Positions 20,460-29,991 of a stretch of 64,000 bases of DNA are shown here, in pieces. The notes under the pieces were generated by a model. The model was not told where the DNA came from. It was given only the letters and a program-made list of their open reading frames with translations, and ran no database searches. The DNA lies in NCBI GenBank assembly GCA_019638635.1, contig JAHBTM010000006.1:4360-68359 (forward strand), read 5' to 3'. Made by a program: the position numbers and the translations under genes. This stretch comes from Ferruginibacter sp. Its GTDB lineage: Bacteria > Bacteroidota > Bacteroidia > Chitinophagales > Chitinophagaceae. Positions within the stretch are counted from its first letter, which is position 1. Each line of letters starts with the position of its first letter.

Positions 20460-21497
20460 ATGCCCAAAATAGGCAACATTACATTACCGGAATTCCCATT
20501 ATTGCTTGCGCCAATGGAAGACGTGAGCGATCCTCCTTTTCGTGCCGTTTGTAAAGACAATGGAGCTGATTTAATGTATAGCGAATTCATCAGCAGTGAG
20601 GGACTGATCAGGGATGCGATGAAAAGCCGGAAAAAACTCGACTTCTCAGAAGAGGAACGTCCATTTGGTATTCAGATTTTTGGGGGTGATGAAGAGGCCA
20701 TGGCCATGAGTGCCAGAATTTGCGAAACGGTTCAGCCTGATTTGGTAGACATCAACTTTGGTTGCCCTGTAAAGAAAGTAGTGAGCAAAGGAGCCGGTGC
20801 CGGCGTGCTGAAAGATATAGACCTGATGGTGCGTTTAACCGAAGCCGTGGTGAAGAGTACCCGCCTGCCGGTTACCGTTAAAACCAGACTGGGTTGGGAT
20901 GATCAAACTAAAAATATTGAAGAAGTAGCCGAGCGTTTACAGGACGTAGGTATTAAAGCGCTCGCCATTCATGGCAGAACCCGTTGCCAATTGTATAAAG
21001 GAGAAGCCGATTGGACGCTGATTGGAAAAGTGAAAAACAATCCGAAGATTCAAATCCCCATTTTTGGTAATGGCGATATTGATGGTCCGGTGAAGGCGAA
21101 GGAATATAAAGATAGATACGGTGTGGATGGAATTATGATTGGCCGTGCTGCGATTGGGTATCCTTGGATCTTCCGGGAGATTAAACATTATCTTGCTACG
21201 GGCGAGATGTTACCGGCCCCCACGCTGGAGGAAAGGGTAGCGGTATGTAAAAAACATTTGTACCGATCCGTAGAATGGAAAGGGCCTGTTGTGGGTATCA
21301 ACGAAATGCGTCGCCATTACACCAACTACCTGAAGGGGCTTCCCAATATCAAAGAATTCCGGTCGAGGTTGGTTACCCTGCCCACTAAAGAAGAAGTTGA
21401 GGTGGTGTTAGATGAAATGCTCGCCTATTACAAAGGGTATGAGTTTGAACGAGCCCCGATAGAAATCATCGACTACCATCAGAAATGTCCGCTATAG
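20460..21497 (+). CDS. dusB: tRNA-dihydrouridine synthase B
   Basis: LAPMEDVSD, DINFGCPVKKV, VTVKTRLGWD, IHGRTR, GNGDI, MIGRAAIGYPWIF. Confidence 0.96.
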   Translation: MPKIGNITLPEFPLLLAPMEDVSDPPFRAVCKDNGADLMYSEFISSEGLIRDAMKSRKKLDFSEEERPFGIQIFGGDEEAMAMSARICETVQPDLVDINFGCPVKKVVSKGAGAGVLKDIDLMVRLTEAVVKSTRLPVTVKTRLGWDDQTKNIEEVAERLQDVGIKALAIHGRTRCQLYKGEADWTLIGKVKNNPKIQIPIFGNGDIDGPVKAKEYKDRYGVDGIMIGRAAIGYPWIFREIKHYLATGEMLPAPTLEERVAVCKKHLYRSVEWKGPVVGINEMRRHYTNYLKGLPNIKEFRSRLVTLPTKEEVEVVLDEMLAYYKGYEFERAPIEIIDYHQKCPL

Positions 21498-22077
21498 TGT
21501 CGGATAATGCTTGAATTAAACGGACATCCAACGGATCAACCGCATGTTCTGTATAATGTGTTAATCGTCCGTTTTCATCAAGTATATACTTACAAAAATT
21601 CCATATTGGGGCACGATTGTTCCAGCCATTTTGTGTTGCATGACTCAACCAGTGAAACACAGGATGTTGCCCGGATTCTTTTTTAACGATGCACTTTTTG
21701 AACAATGGAAAATTGACTCCATACGTGATGCTGCAAAAAGTGACCACAGCATCATCATCACCCGGTTCCTGATTTTTAAAATCATTGCTGGGAAATGCCA
21801 GTATTTCGATGTGGGGTAAACGTTTTTTTAATTCGGTGAGTCCGCCCAACTGCGCCGTATATCCGCATTCCGAAGCAGTATTTACTATGAGGATTTTCTT
21901 TCCCCGCAATCTTTCGAACGAAAAGTTTTCACCGGAGGGTGTTTCAGCATGTAAAGTATAAAAAGATACAAAAGGAGTTACATTCTCTTGGAATATGCGG
22001 GTATTCCATTTAAATACTCCGGAAAGGAAGCGCAACAGCGGATAAATATGGCGTAAAAATTTTTGTTTTGCCGACAT
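21466..22077 (-). CDS. Glutathione peroxidase family protein (Cys type)
   Basis: LIVNTASECGYTAQ, LAFPSNDF..QEPG, WNFCKYILDE. Confidence 0.93.
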   Translation of the reverse strand: MSAKQKFLRHIYPLLRFLSGVFKWNTRIFQENVTPFVSFYTLHAETPSGENFSFERLRGKKILIVNTASECGYTAQLGGLTELKKRLPHIEILAFPSNDFKNQEPGDDDAVVTFCSITYGVNFPLFKKCIVKKESGQHPVFHWLSHATQNGWNNRAPIWNFCKYILDENGRLTHYTEHAVDPLDVRLIQALSDTIADISDGSR

Positions 22078-22081
22078 CTCT

Positions 22082-22097
22082 CAAAAGTACAACTTTA
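22082..22097. promoter_or_regulatory. Back-to-back -7 boxes of the divergent gpx/tadA genes
   Basis: TACTTTTG on - (22082-22089) and CAACTTTA on + (22090-22097), each 4 nt from its ATG. Confidence 0.5.
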
Positions 22098-22101
22098 CAA
22101 C

Positions 22102-22545
22102 ATGGAACCCGGTCATGAACATTATATGAAGCTGGCAATGGCAGAAGCACGGAAAGCATTTGATGCAGGTGAAGTACCCGTAGGTGCCGTGGTGGTGATG
22201 CATGGAAAAATCATAGCCCGCGCCTACAATCAGGTAGAGCTGTTGAACGATTGCACGGCACATGCAGAAATGCTGGCCATTACGTCCGCTTTTCATTCGT
22301 TGGGCAGCAAATATTTGCCGGATGCCACTTTGTATGTAACGGTAGAGCCCTGCCTGATGTGCAGCGGGGCACTATACTGGAGTAAAATTGGTGCGATTGT
22401 ATTTGGTGCAAAAGACGACAAGAACGGATACCGTCGCTCTACCGGAAACCATATTCCATTTCATCCCAAAACAAACTTACAGGGAGGCGTACTCGAAAAT
22501 GAGTGCGCTCAGTTGATGAAGGATTTTTTCAAACAGAAACGTTAA
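22102..22545 (+). CDS. tadA: tRNA adenosine deaminase / nucleoside deaminase
   Basis: EVPVGAVVV, HAE, TVEPCLMC zinc motifs; likely start ATG 22102. Confidence 0.9.
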   Translation: MEPGHEHYMKLAMAEARKAFDAGEVPVGAVVVMHGKIIARAYNQVELLNDCTAHAEMLAITSAFHSLGSKYLPDATLYVTVEPCLMCSGALYWSKIGAIVFGAKDDKNGYRRSTGNHIPFHPKTNLQGGVLENECAQLMKDFFKQKR

Positions 22546-22548
22546 GCG

Positions 22549-24186
22549 TTACTTTACTCCTTTTTCTTTCATGATTTTATTCAGCCATTTTAACATGGCT
22601 ACCATAATGCCGGTTGCCAGCAACAACAGCCCAAAGTTTATCCAGAAAAAATTGGCTTTGTTCTCATAGCCATCCCACAAACTGGATAATACACCCGACA
22701 GTTTATTTCCAATGGAAGTTGATAAAAACCACCCGCCCATCATCAGTGAAGTAATACGAACCGGACTCAGTTTAGATACCAGTGATAAACCCATCGGGCT
22801 CAACAGCAACTCACCGATGGTAATCACACCATATGTCATGATGAGCCACCAAACACTTCCTTTTTCCGAACCATTATTGGTGGAGTATACTGCCATCACC
22901 ATCACCAATACAGATAGTGCGGAAACAAAAAGCCCGAGTGCAATTTTTGTGGGTGTAGAAGGTTCTTTTCCTCGTCGGTTGAGGAATGCAAAGAATGCTA
23001 CAATCAACGGTGTTAACAGGATAACCCAACCGGGGTTTATACTCTGACTCAAATTGGTGGCCCATGCATAAATACTGCTGCCTTCTTCCGGTAATTTTTC
23101 GGGAGCTACATTTTTAAAATAATATGGATAGTTGTATTCTTTCTGAACTATATTATCAACTTTTTGTAACCTGAATTGTTGATCGTACAACGGTACAGAA
23201 TCTTTTTTATATGGAATGGTTTGTGCCTGTTTCAACGTGGTGAACACATCGGCTACCTGTCCTTTCACTTCACGGTCGGTATAACGATCGGCCCAGGTAT
23301 TTAGGGCGGTGCCGTTTTGTTTAAATACAGCCCAGAATAAAATAACCGCTGCGAAAATAGCCAGCAAAGCTGCGATGGGTCTTTTTTCATCTGCGGGAGC
23401 GCGGAAATAGAGATTAGAATAAAAATACAATACGGGTAAACATGCGAAGATGAATGCATCGGTACTATCAGATCCAAAAATATCTCCCGGTATAAGCCAG
23501 CCTAACACTCCGGCAATGATCGATGGAACCAGGATGAGCATGATGATTCGGGTGAAAGACATATCACCGGGTTGCACTCCTTTTTTTACATCGTACGCAA
23601 TGTAGTGTCGGGTTCCTGCCAGAAATATGATGACGCCAATAAACATACCAATACCGGCCGCTATGAAAGCGTAACCCCATCCTAACATAATATACAATGC
23701 AGCTCCGAAGAAGTTACAGATGAAGGCCCCAATGTTGATACCCATGTAAAAGATGTTGTATCCTTCATCTTTACGGTGTACGTATTCAGGAGTGGAGTAA
23801 ACATTACCCAATAGGGTGGAGATATTGGGTTTGAAAAATCCGTTGCCGAGTATCACCAGCGTCATAGCTACATAGAGTGCCGTGAGGTTATGGATGGCCA
23901 TCAGGCAATAACCAGCTCCCATCATCAACCCACCTATGATAATTGATTTTCTGTATCCGAAATAACGGTCAGCAATCAAGCCTCCCAGAAAAGGTGTAAG
24001 AAAAACCAATGCAATGAATGTACCATAGAGGTCTGCACTCTCAGCTTCCGTCATGGCAAATCCACCTTTTACATCTTTAAGATAGAGGGTAAAAATTCCA
24101 ATCATCAGGTAATAACCGAATCGTTCCCACATTTCAGAAAAAAACAAAAAGGGGAGGGCTTTTGGGTGTTTACGCGAGTTGCTCAT
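22549..24186 (-). CDS. POT/PTR family peptide:H+ symporter (copy 1)
   Basis: FFSEMWERFGYY, GNGFFKPNISTLLG, FYMGINIG, GELLLSPMGLS; likely start ATG 24186. Confidence 0.95.
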   Translation of the reverse strand: MSNSRKHPKALPFLFFSEMWERFGYYLMIGIFTLYLKDVKGGFAMTEAESADLYGTFIALVFLTPFLGGLIADRYFGYRKSIIIGGLMMGAGYCLMAIHNLTALYVAMTLVILGNGFFKPNISTLLGNVYSTPEYVHRKDEGYNIFYMGINIGAFICNFFGAALYIMLGWGYAFIAAGIGMFIGVIIFLAGTRHYIAYDVKKGVQPGDMSFTRIIMLILVPSIIAGVLGWLIPGDIFGSDSTDAFIFACLPVLYFYSNLYFRAPADEKRPIAALLAIFAAVILFWAVFKQNGTALNTWADRYTDREVKGQVADVFTTLKQAQTIPYKKDSVPLYDQQFRLQKVDNIVQKEYNYPYYFKNVAPEKLPEEGSSIYAWATNLSQSINPGWVILLTPLIVAFFAFLNRRGKEPSTPTKIALGLFVSALSVLVMVMAVYSTNNGSEKGSVWWLIMTYGVITIGELLLSPMGLSLVSKLSPVRITSLMMGGWFLSTSIGNKLSGVLSSLWDGYENKANFFWINFGLLLLATGIMVAMLKWLNKIMKEKGVK

Positions 24187-24256
24187 GCATTCGTTTTTCC
24201 GGTAATAAAAAAATGGCAACGGATGTCGCTGCCATTCGAAAATACGGTATAAAAAT

Positions 24257-25828
24257 TTATTTCAGTCCGTGCATCATCTTCAATAATTTTTTGCTGGTGA
24301 GGAAAAGCACCACAGCGGCCACACCGGCGAACACCACAAAAATCATGAAGAAGGCGTAGAGACTATCGATTTGATAACCAAACAGGCTGGTGAATTTTCC
24401 ATCTTCAGGGAACAGTTTACTCAACATACCTGCAAAGTCATTGGCCATGGCGTTGGCCAGGAACCAAACACCCATGAGCAGGGAAGCCAGTCTGGCCGGG
24501 GCCAATCGTGCCACCATGGATAATCCGATAGGCGACAGGCACAACTCACCAAATGTGTGCAGGATGTACATACCAATGAGCCAGAACATGGAAATTTTCA
24601 TAGCAGTATCAACACCTTTCACACCAATGGCAATAACCAGGAAACCTACGGCCAACAGGAATAAACCGATGGCTTGTTTTACAAGAGAAGGGGGCTCCTT
24701 ATCTTTCTTACCAAGTGAAGTCCAGGTACTGGCAAACAAAGGTGCAAACAAAATAATGGCGAGTGGGTTGATAGATTGGAACCAACTGGCCGGCATTTCC
24801 CAACCGAAGATGAAGCGGTCGGTGTTTTTATCTGCAAAAATGGTCAGGGAGGCACCGGCTTGTTCAAAGGCACTCCAGAAGAAGATAACAAAGAACGCGG
24901 CGATATATATTACAACGATGCGATCTCTTTCTATTTTAGTTAAGTTAGGATCGGAGATGATGAATCCTGCGGCGGAAATTGAAGTGGCAAACACGAGTGT
25001 GCTGATCCAGTTGAATCCAACCACATACAAGAAGAACATCCAAAGTGCTGCATAAATAAAAACCCACAAACCAATGCGCGATGCAGTAAACTCCGGTTTC
25101 TTTTCAGCAATGGTTTCAAAAGTGGATAATTTATCTTTTCCATCAGCCGGTATGGTAACATCCGGAATGATTTCTTTGGCAGAAGGCAACACACCGATTT
25201 GTCTGCCATCCGCTGCAACAATGTATTTGTTTTTCAATAACTGGAACATGATGATACCAAACACCATCCCAACGCCGGCAGCGAAGAAACCCCATTTATA
25301 ATCCACTTTTTCTGCGAGGGCTCCACAAATGAGTGGAGAGAAAAATGCTCCCAGGTTAATACCCATGTAGAAGATGGAGAAAGCAGCATCCACGCGCTTA
25401 TCACCTTTGGCATACAACTGATTAACCATGGTGGAAATGTTCGGTTTGAACAATCCGTTACCCAATACCAATGCCACCAATCCTAATACAAAAAGTGTTT
25501 TGGCAAGGTCCATATTCGTTGAAACGGCTGCGGCACAGAAGAACAATGTGAATTGTCCGATAGCCATCAACACACCACCCCAGAAAATAGATTTTCGATT
25601 GCCCCAGTAACGGTCGGCAATGAAACCTCCAATCAGTGGAGTAAGGTAAACAACTGCGGTAAAGTTTCCGTAAATGCCTGAAGCCAGTTTGGTATCAAAC
25701 TCCAGCATTTTGGTCATAAATAAAACGAGGATGGCTCTCATCCCGTAGTAACTGAAACGTTCCCACATTTCGGTGAAGAACAAAACGAATAACCCCTTGG
25801 GGTGTCTGGTAGATGTTGTTTCGGCCAT
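24257..25828 (-). CDS. POT/PTR family peptide:H+ symporter (copy 2)
   Basis: FFTEMWERFSYYGMR, GNGLFKPNIST, FEQAGASL, WFQSINP, GELCLSPIGLS. Confidence 0.96.
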   Translation of the reverse strand: MAETTSTRHPKGLFVLFFTEMWERFSYYGMRAILVLFMTKMLEFDTKLASGIYGNFTAVVYLTPLIGGFIADRYWGNRKSIFWGGVLMAIGQFTLFFCAAAVSTNMDLAKTLFVLGLVALVLGNGLFKPNISTMVNQLYAKGDKRVDAAFSIFYMGINLGAFFSPLICGALAEKVDYKWGFFAAGVGMVFGIIMFQLLKNKYIVAADGRQIGVLPSAKEIIPDVTIPADGKDKLSTFETIAEKKPEFTASRIGLWVFIYAALWMFFLYVVGFNWISTLVFATSISAAGFIISDPNLTKIERDRIVVIYIAAFFVIFFWSAFEQAGASLTIFADKNTDRFIFGWEMPASWFQSINPLAIILFAPLFASTWTSLGKKDKEPPSLVKQAIGLFLLAVGFLVIAIGVKGVDTAMKISMFWLIGMYILHTFGELCLSPIGLSMVARLAPARLASLLMGVWFLANAMANDFAGMLSKLFPEDGKFTSLFGYQIDSLYAFFMIFVVFAGVAAVVLFLTSKKLLKMMHGLK

Positions 25829-25999
25829 GCGGCTTAGTTTTGGTATATTAAATGAATAATAAGCTTACAAAGTAAGGAAAATCTGATGAAGTGAATCAAC
25901 CATTGGTAAAATATTGAAACAGCGGCCTACGCATAGTAATAATTAATATATGGTTATCCGTTTTCATCGTTTTACATTTGCTGCCGTAATCTATCATCC

Positions 26000-27307
26000 A
26001 TGAATATACTCCTGATTGGCGGCGGGGGCAGGGAACATGCAATGGCCTGGAAACTGCGCCAAAGCCCTTTATGTAATGCGTTGTTTGTAGCCCCCGGGAA
26101 TGCAGGTACAGAACAACTGGCAACCAACTTATCCATTTCAACGGTCGATTTTACTGCTATCGCCAAAGCCGTCCTCGAGCATCAGATTGATATGGTGATT
26201 GTAGGCCCGGAAGAACCATTGGTGAATGGCATATGGGACTATTTTCAACAGAATGCTTCTCTTCGACACGTTCAGGTGATCGGTCCTTCTGCTGAGGCCG
26301 CCCGATTAGAGGGCAGCAAAGCTGTTGCAAAGGCATTTATGCAGCGATATGGTGTTCCAACCGCAGGATACCGTGAATTTACCATAGACAATTTTGAAGA
26401 AGGGATGGAATACATCCGCAACCATCCGTTACCGATTGTGTTGAAAGCCGACGGACTCGCAGCAGGCAAAGGAGTAATCATTTGCAATAATATGGTGGAA
26501 GCACTTGCGGAGTTTGAGTTGATGCTGCAACATTCAAAATTTGGAGAGGCCGGAAAAAAAGTAGTGGTGGAAGCTTTTTTGAAAGGAATAGAAATGAGCC
26601 TCTTTGTTGTAACCGACGGGAAAGATTATGTGCTGCTGCCTGAAGCGAAAGATTATAAAAGAGTAGGAACCGCAGATACCGGACTGAATACCGGAGGTAT
26701 GGGTGCGGTTAGCCCGGTGCCGTTTTTCGATGCATCCCTGAAGAAAAAGGTCATTGAACGTGTGGTGGAACCCACTATCCGGGGCTTACAAGCCGAAGGT
26801 TTAAAATACACCGGGTTTTTGTTTTTTGGATTGATGATTGTAGATCAGGAACCATTCGTAATAGAATATAATTGCCGTATGGGTGACCCTGAAACACAAG
26901 TGGTGTTGCCCCGTTTGGATATAGACCTTGTACATCTGATGCGTGCCGCTGCCTCAGGCACACTACATACTGTTACAGTTGCAGAGCATCCTCAGGCTGC
27001 AGCCACTGTTGTGGCGGTGAGTGGCGGTTATCCCGGCCCGTATGAAACCGGAAAAGTGATATACGGCCTCGATCAGGTGCCTGAAACAGCATCTGTCATA
27101 TTTCATGCAGGCACCCGCCGCCAAGGCAAGGAAGTGCTCACCAACGGTGGCCGGGTGTTATCGGTTTCATCTTTTGGCGAGCATATTCATTTTGCTGTGC
27201 AGGAAAGCATATTCATTCTTGAACTGCTCGAGTTTGAGGGAATGTATTTTAGAAAAGATATCGGTTATGAGTTCAACTCCAATCTTCAAACTAACGGGAA
27301 GGCGTAA
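26000..27307 (+). CDS. purD: Phosphoribosylamine-glycine ligase
   Basis: GGGGREHA, APGNAG, LEGSK, VLKADGLAAGKGV, NTGGMG, EYNCRMGDPETQ, TNGGRVL. Confidence 0.97.
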   Translation: MNILLIGGGGREHAMAWKLRQSPLCNALFVAPGNAGTEQLATNLSISTVDFTAIAKAVLEHQIDMVIVGPEEPLVNGIWDYFQQNASLRHVQVIGPSAEAARLEGSKAVAKAFMQRYGVPTAGYREFTIDNFEEGMEYIRNHPLPIVLKADGLAAGKGVIICNNMVEALAEFELMLQHSKFGEAGKKVVVEAFLKGIEMSLFVVTDGKDYVLLPEAKDYKRVGTADTGLNTGGMGAVSPVPFFDASLKKKVIERVVEPTIRGLQAEGLKYTGFLFFGLMIVDQEPFVIEYNCRMGDPETQVVLPRLDIDLVHLMRAAASGTLHTVTVAEHPQAAATVVAVSGGYPGPYETGKVIYGLDQVPETASVIFHAGTRRQGKEVLTNGGRVLSVSSFGEHIHFAVQESIFILELLEFEGMYFRKDIGYEFNSNLQTNGKA

Positions 27308-27505
27308 TCGAATTTTTTTTACAGGTATTTCTACAATTATTTCGCTAAATAAATTAGTATTCGCATCTTTCTGAACAATGGTTTAAAAAAATGCTGGAGA
27401 AACCACGAAAAATCTTTTAATTTCAACGGTTTGGGATTGGTTTATCCAATTATTTAATTCAAATTTGCAAACACTCTCTCAATTAGCTAGTGAACGATAC
27501 ATTTT

Positions 27506-28531
27506 ATGGGAATTTTTAATTTTTTAACGCAGGAAATCGCGATGGATTTGGGTACAGCAAATACCCTGATTATCCATAACGATGAAGTAGTGGTGAACGA
27601 ACCTTCCATTGTTGCGCTCGATCGTAACAATCCGAAGAATTTATTGGCGGTGGGTAAAAAGGCGTTGATGATGCACGAAAAAACCCATGAAAGCATCCGC
27701 ACGGTTCGTCCGCTGCGCGATGGTGTAATTGCCGATTTCAACGCAGCTGAATTGATGATACGGGAAATGATTAAAATGATTTTCCCTAAGAAACCGCTGT
27801 TTCCACCCAGCTGGAGAATGATGATTTGCATACCCAGCAGCATCACGGAAGTTGAAAAGCGGGCGGTGCGCGACAGTGCTGAACAAGCCGGCGCCAAAGA
27901 AGTGTATCTCATCCATGAACCCATGGCCGCCGCACTGGGTATTGGTATCGATGTGGAAGAACCGGTAGGAAACATGATTATTGATATTGGAGGAGGAACC
28001 ACCGGTATTACGGTGATTGCTTTGGCGGGTATAGTGTGTGACCAGAGTATTCGTATTGCAGGCGATGAATTTACCGCTGATATCATGGAGGCATTGCGTC
28101 GTTATCACTCCCTGTTGATTGGAGAAAGAACGGCAGAGCAAATTAAAATTCAGGTGGGCGCCGCATTGAAAGATCTCGACAATCCACCGGATGATATTCC
28201 CGTAAATGGCCGCGACCTGGTCACAGGTATTCCCAAGCAGGTGATGGTGAGTTATCAGGAAGTTGCAGAAGCCCTCGATAAAAGTATTTTCAAAATTGAA
28301 GAGGCCATCCTCAAAGCATTGGAAACCACGCCACCCGAATTGGCAGCAGATATTTATCGCCGCGGTTTATATATCACCGGTGGTGGTGCATTGTTACGCG
28401 GGCTTGATAAACGCCTGACTGCAAAAATTAAATTACCCGTACACGTAGCCGATGATCCGCTGAAGAGTGTGGTGCGTGGCACAGGTATTGCATTAAAAAA
28501 TTACGACCGGTATCCATTCGTGATGCGATAA
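27506..28531 (+). CDS. mreB: Rod shape-determining protein MreB
   Basis: DLGTANT, RPLRDGVIADF, EPMAAA, DIGGGTT, TGGGALLRG. Confidence 0.98.
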   Translation: MGIFNFLTQEIAMDLGTANTLIIHNDEVVVNEPSIVALDRNNPKNLLAVGKKALMMHEKTHESIRTVRPLRDGVIADFNAAELMIREMIKMIFPKKPLFPPSWRMMICIPSSITEVEKRAVRDSAEQAGAKEVYLIHEPMAAALGIGIDVEEPVGNMIIDIGGGTTGITVIALAGIVCDQSIRIAGDEFTADIMEALRRYHSLLIGERTAEQIKIQVGAALKDLDNPPDDIPVNGRDLVTGIPKQVMVSYQEVAEALDKSIFKIEEAILKALETTPPELAADIYRRGLYITGGGALLRGLDKRLTAKIKLPVHVADDPLKSVVRGTGIALKNYDRYPFVMR

Positions 28532-28573
28532 GCATTTCCGCTTCGTAACCCTTATTCGTAAAAAGACCTGCAG

Positions 28574-29431
28574 GTGAGAAATATTTTCTTATTTATCCGT
28601 CGTTACTTCAATTTCCTCCTGTTCATTTTTTTACAGATGGTGTGCGTGTACTTTATTGTATCGTACAGTAAATTTCACGAAGCCGCATTTGGCAAAACGG
28701 CTAACCAAATCACCGGAAAAATCAACAAACGCTACAGCAACATTCAGTATTACTTCAATCTGCGTAAAACCAATGATTCACTGGTGAAAGCCAATGAACG
28801 GTTGTATAATCAGTTGCGGCTCGATAGGCAAAGGAGTGATTCCATTCAATTGGCACAAATAGATTCACTTTTTACCGATTCGCTCGTTCAGGCATCATCC
28901 TTTGTGTTCAGAGGAGCGCGCGTAGTTTCCAACGCTGTGAGTACACCCAATAACTTCATTGTGCTGGATGGCGGCTCGGCAAAAGGCTTTCATAAGGGGA
29001 TGGGGGTGATTTCAGCCGAAGGTGGAGTGGTAGGCATCATAACGGAAACCAGTACTGATTTTTCCGTAGTAATGAGCCTGCTGCACAAAGACAGCCGCAT
29101 CAGTGGCAAAATTTTTAAAACGGGAGAAACCGGAACTGTTACCTGGGACGGCGAACAACCCAACGTACTCTACATGAATGGCATTGCAAAAAGTGTAAAA
29201 GTGGCCAAAGGAGACAGCATCATCACCAGCGGTTTTAGTACTACCTTCCCGAAAGGCCTGCTCATTGGACGTGTAGAAGGTGCCTATGCAGTACCTAATA
29301 CCAATTTTATAAAAATTAAAATCACCACACATACCAATTTCTACAACATCCAGCACGCGTATACCATAGAAAACAAAAACGCCACTGCCGTCAATGAATT
29401 ATTGAAACACGTTCAAAAACAATTGCAATAA
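28574..29431 (+). CDS. mreC: Rod shape-determining protein MreC
   Basis: N-terminal TM helix, coiled coil, GMGVIS..GVVG, GDSIITSGFS..FPKGLLIG; follows mreB. Confidence 0.94.
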   Translation: MRNIFLFIRRYFNFLLFIFLQMVCVYFIVSYSKFHEAAFGKTANQITGKINKRYSNIQYYFNLRKTNDSLVKANERLYNQLRLDRQRSDSIQLAQIDSLFTDSLVQASSFVFRGARVVSNAVSTPNNFIVLDGGSAKGFHKGMGVISAEGGVVGIITETSTDFSVVMSLLHKDSRISGKIFKTGETGTVTWDGEQPNVLYMNGIAKSVKVAKGDSIITSGFSTTFPKGLLIGRVEGAYAVPNTNFIKIKITTHTNFYNIQHAYTIENKNATAVNELLKHVQKQLQ

Positions 29432-29964
29432 TGCCGCCCCTGTTTAAACATATTTTCCGCTTTATCCTGCTGATTTTGTTTCAGGTGTTTGTACTCGATA
29501 ATATCCGGTTGCATCAACTGGCAACGCCGTACCTCTATTTTCTGTTTATTTTGTGGTTGCCATTCAATATCAACAGAACCGTATTATTGATTACCGCATT
29601 TGTGCTGGGCTTTACACTCGACAGTTTCAGGCATCATCCCGGTTTTCATGCCGCAGCCTGTGTGATGATTGCCTACGTAAGACCTTTCCTCATCAATTTC
29701 CTTATTCCTCAGGAAGGCGCAGAAACCAATTATGAAGAACCATCCATTCAAAGTATGGGCGGTTTATTACCATATATGATTTATGCAGGGATCCTTGTGT
29801 TTATTCATAATGCGTGGCTCTTTTTGCTGGAAGCATGGCAATTTGAAAATGCCTGGTATTTTTTTAGCAAGACTTTTCTTACCACAGCAGTTTGTTTAGT
29901 CTTAATTTTGATAACGGAATGGATTTTTCCACGCAAACAAAAATTCAGGACGAACACGATTTAG
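29431..29964 (+). CDS. mreD: Rod shape-determining protein MreD
   Basis: Hydrophobic protein (PYLYFLFILWLP, GFTLDSF, GFHAAAC) between mreC and mrdA. Confidence 0.9.
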   Translation: MPPLFKHIFRFILLILFQVFVLDNIRLHQLATPYLYFLFILWLPFNINRTVLLITAFVLGFTLDSFRHHPGFHAAACVMIAYVRPFLINFLIPQEGAETNYEEPSIQSMGGLLPYMIYAGILVFIHNAWLFLLEAWQFENAWYFFSKTFLTTAVCLVLILITEWIFPRKQKFRTNTI

Positions 29965-29991
29965 TTTTTCATTGTTTAATGTACGGTATCC

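Noticed and set aside
21466-22077. Glutathione peroxidase as a selenoprotein
   Set aside because: The active-site codon is Cys (NTASECG) with no in-frame TGA.
27487-28141. Long antisense ORFs over mreB, and similar ones over the POT genes (24390..25055), mrdA/rodA (31899..32456) and pit (38709..39239)
   Set aside because: Shadows of well-conserved genes on the opposite strand, with no motifs.
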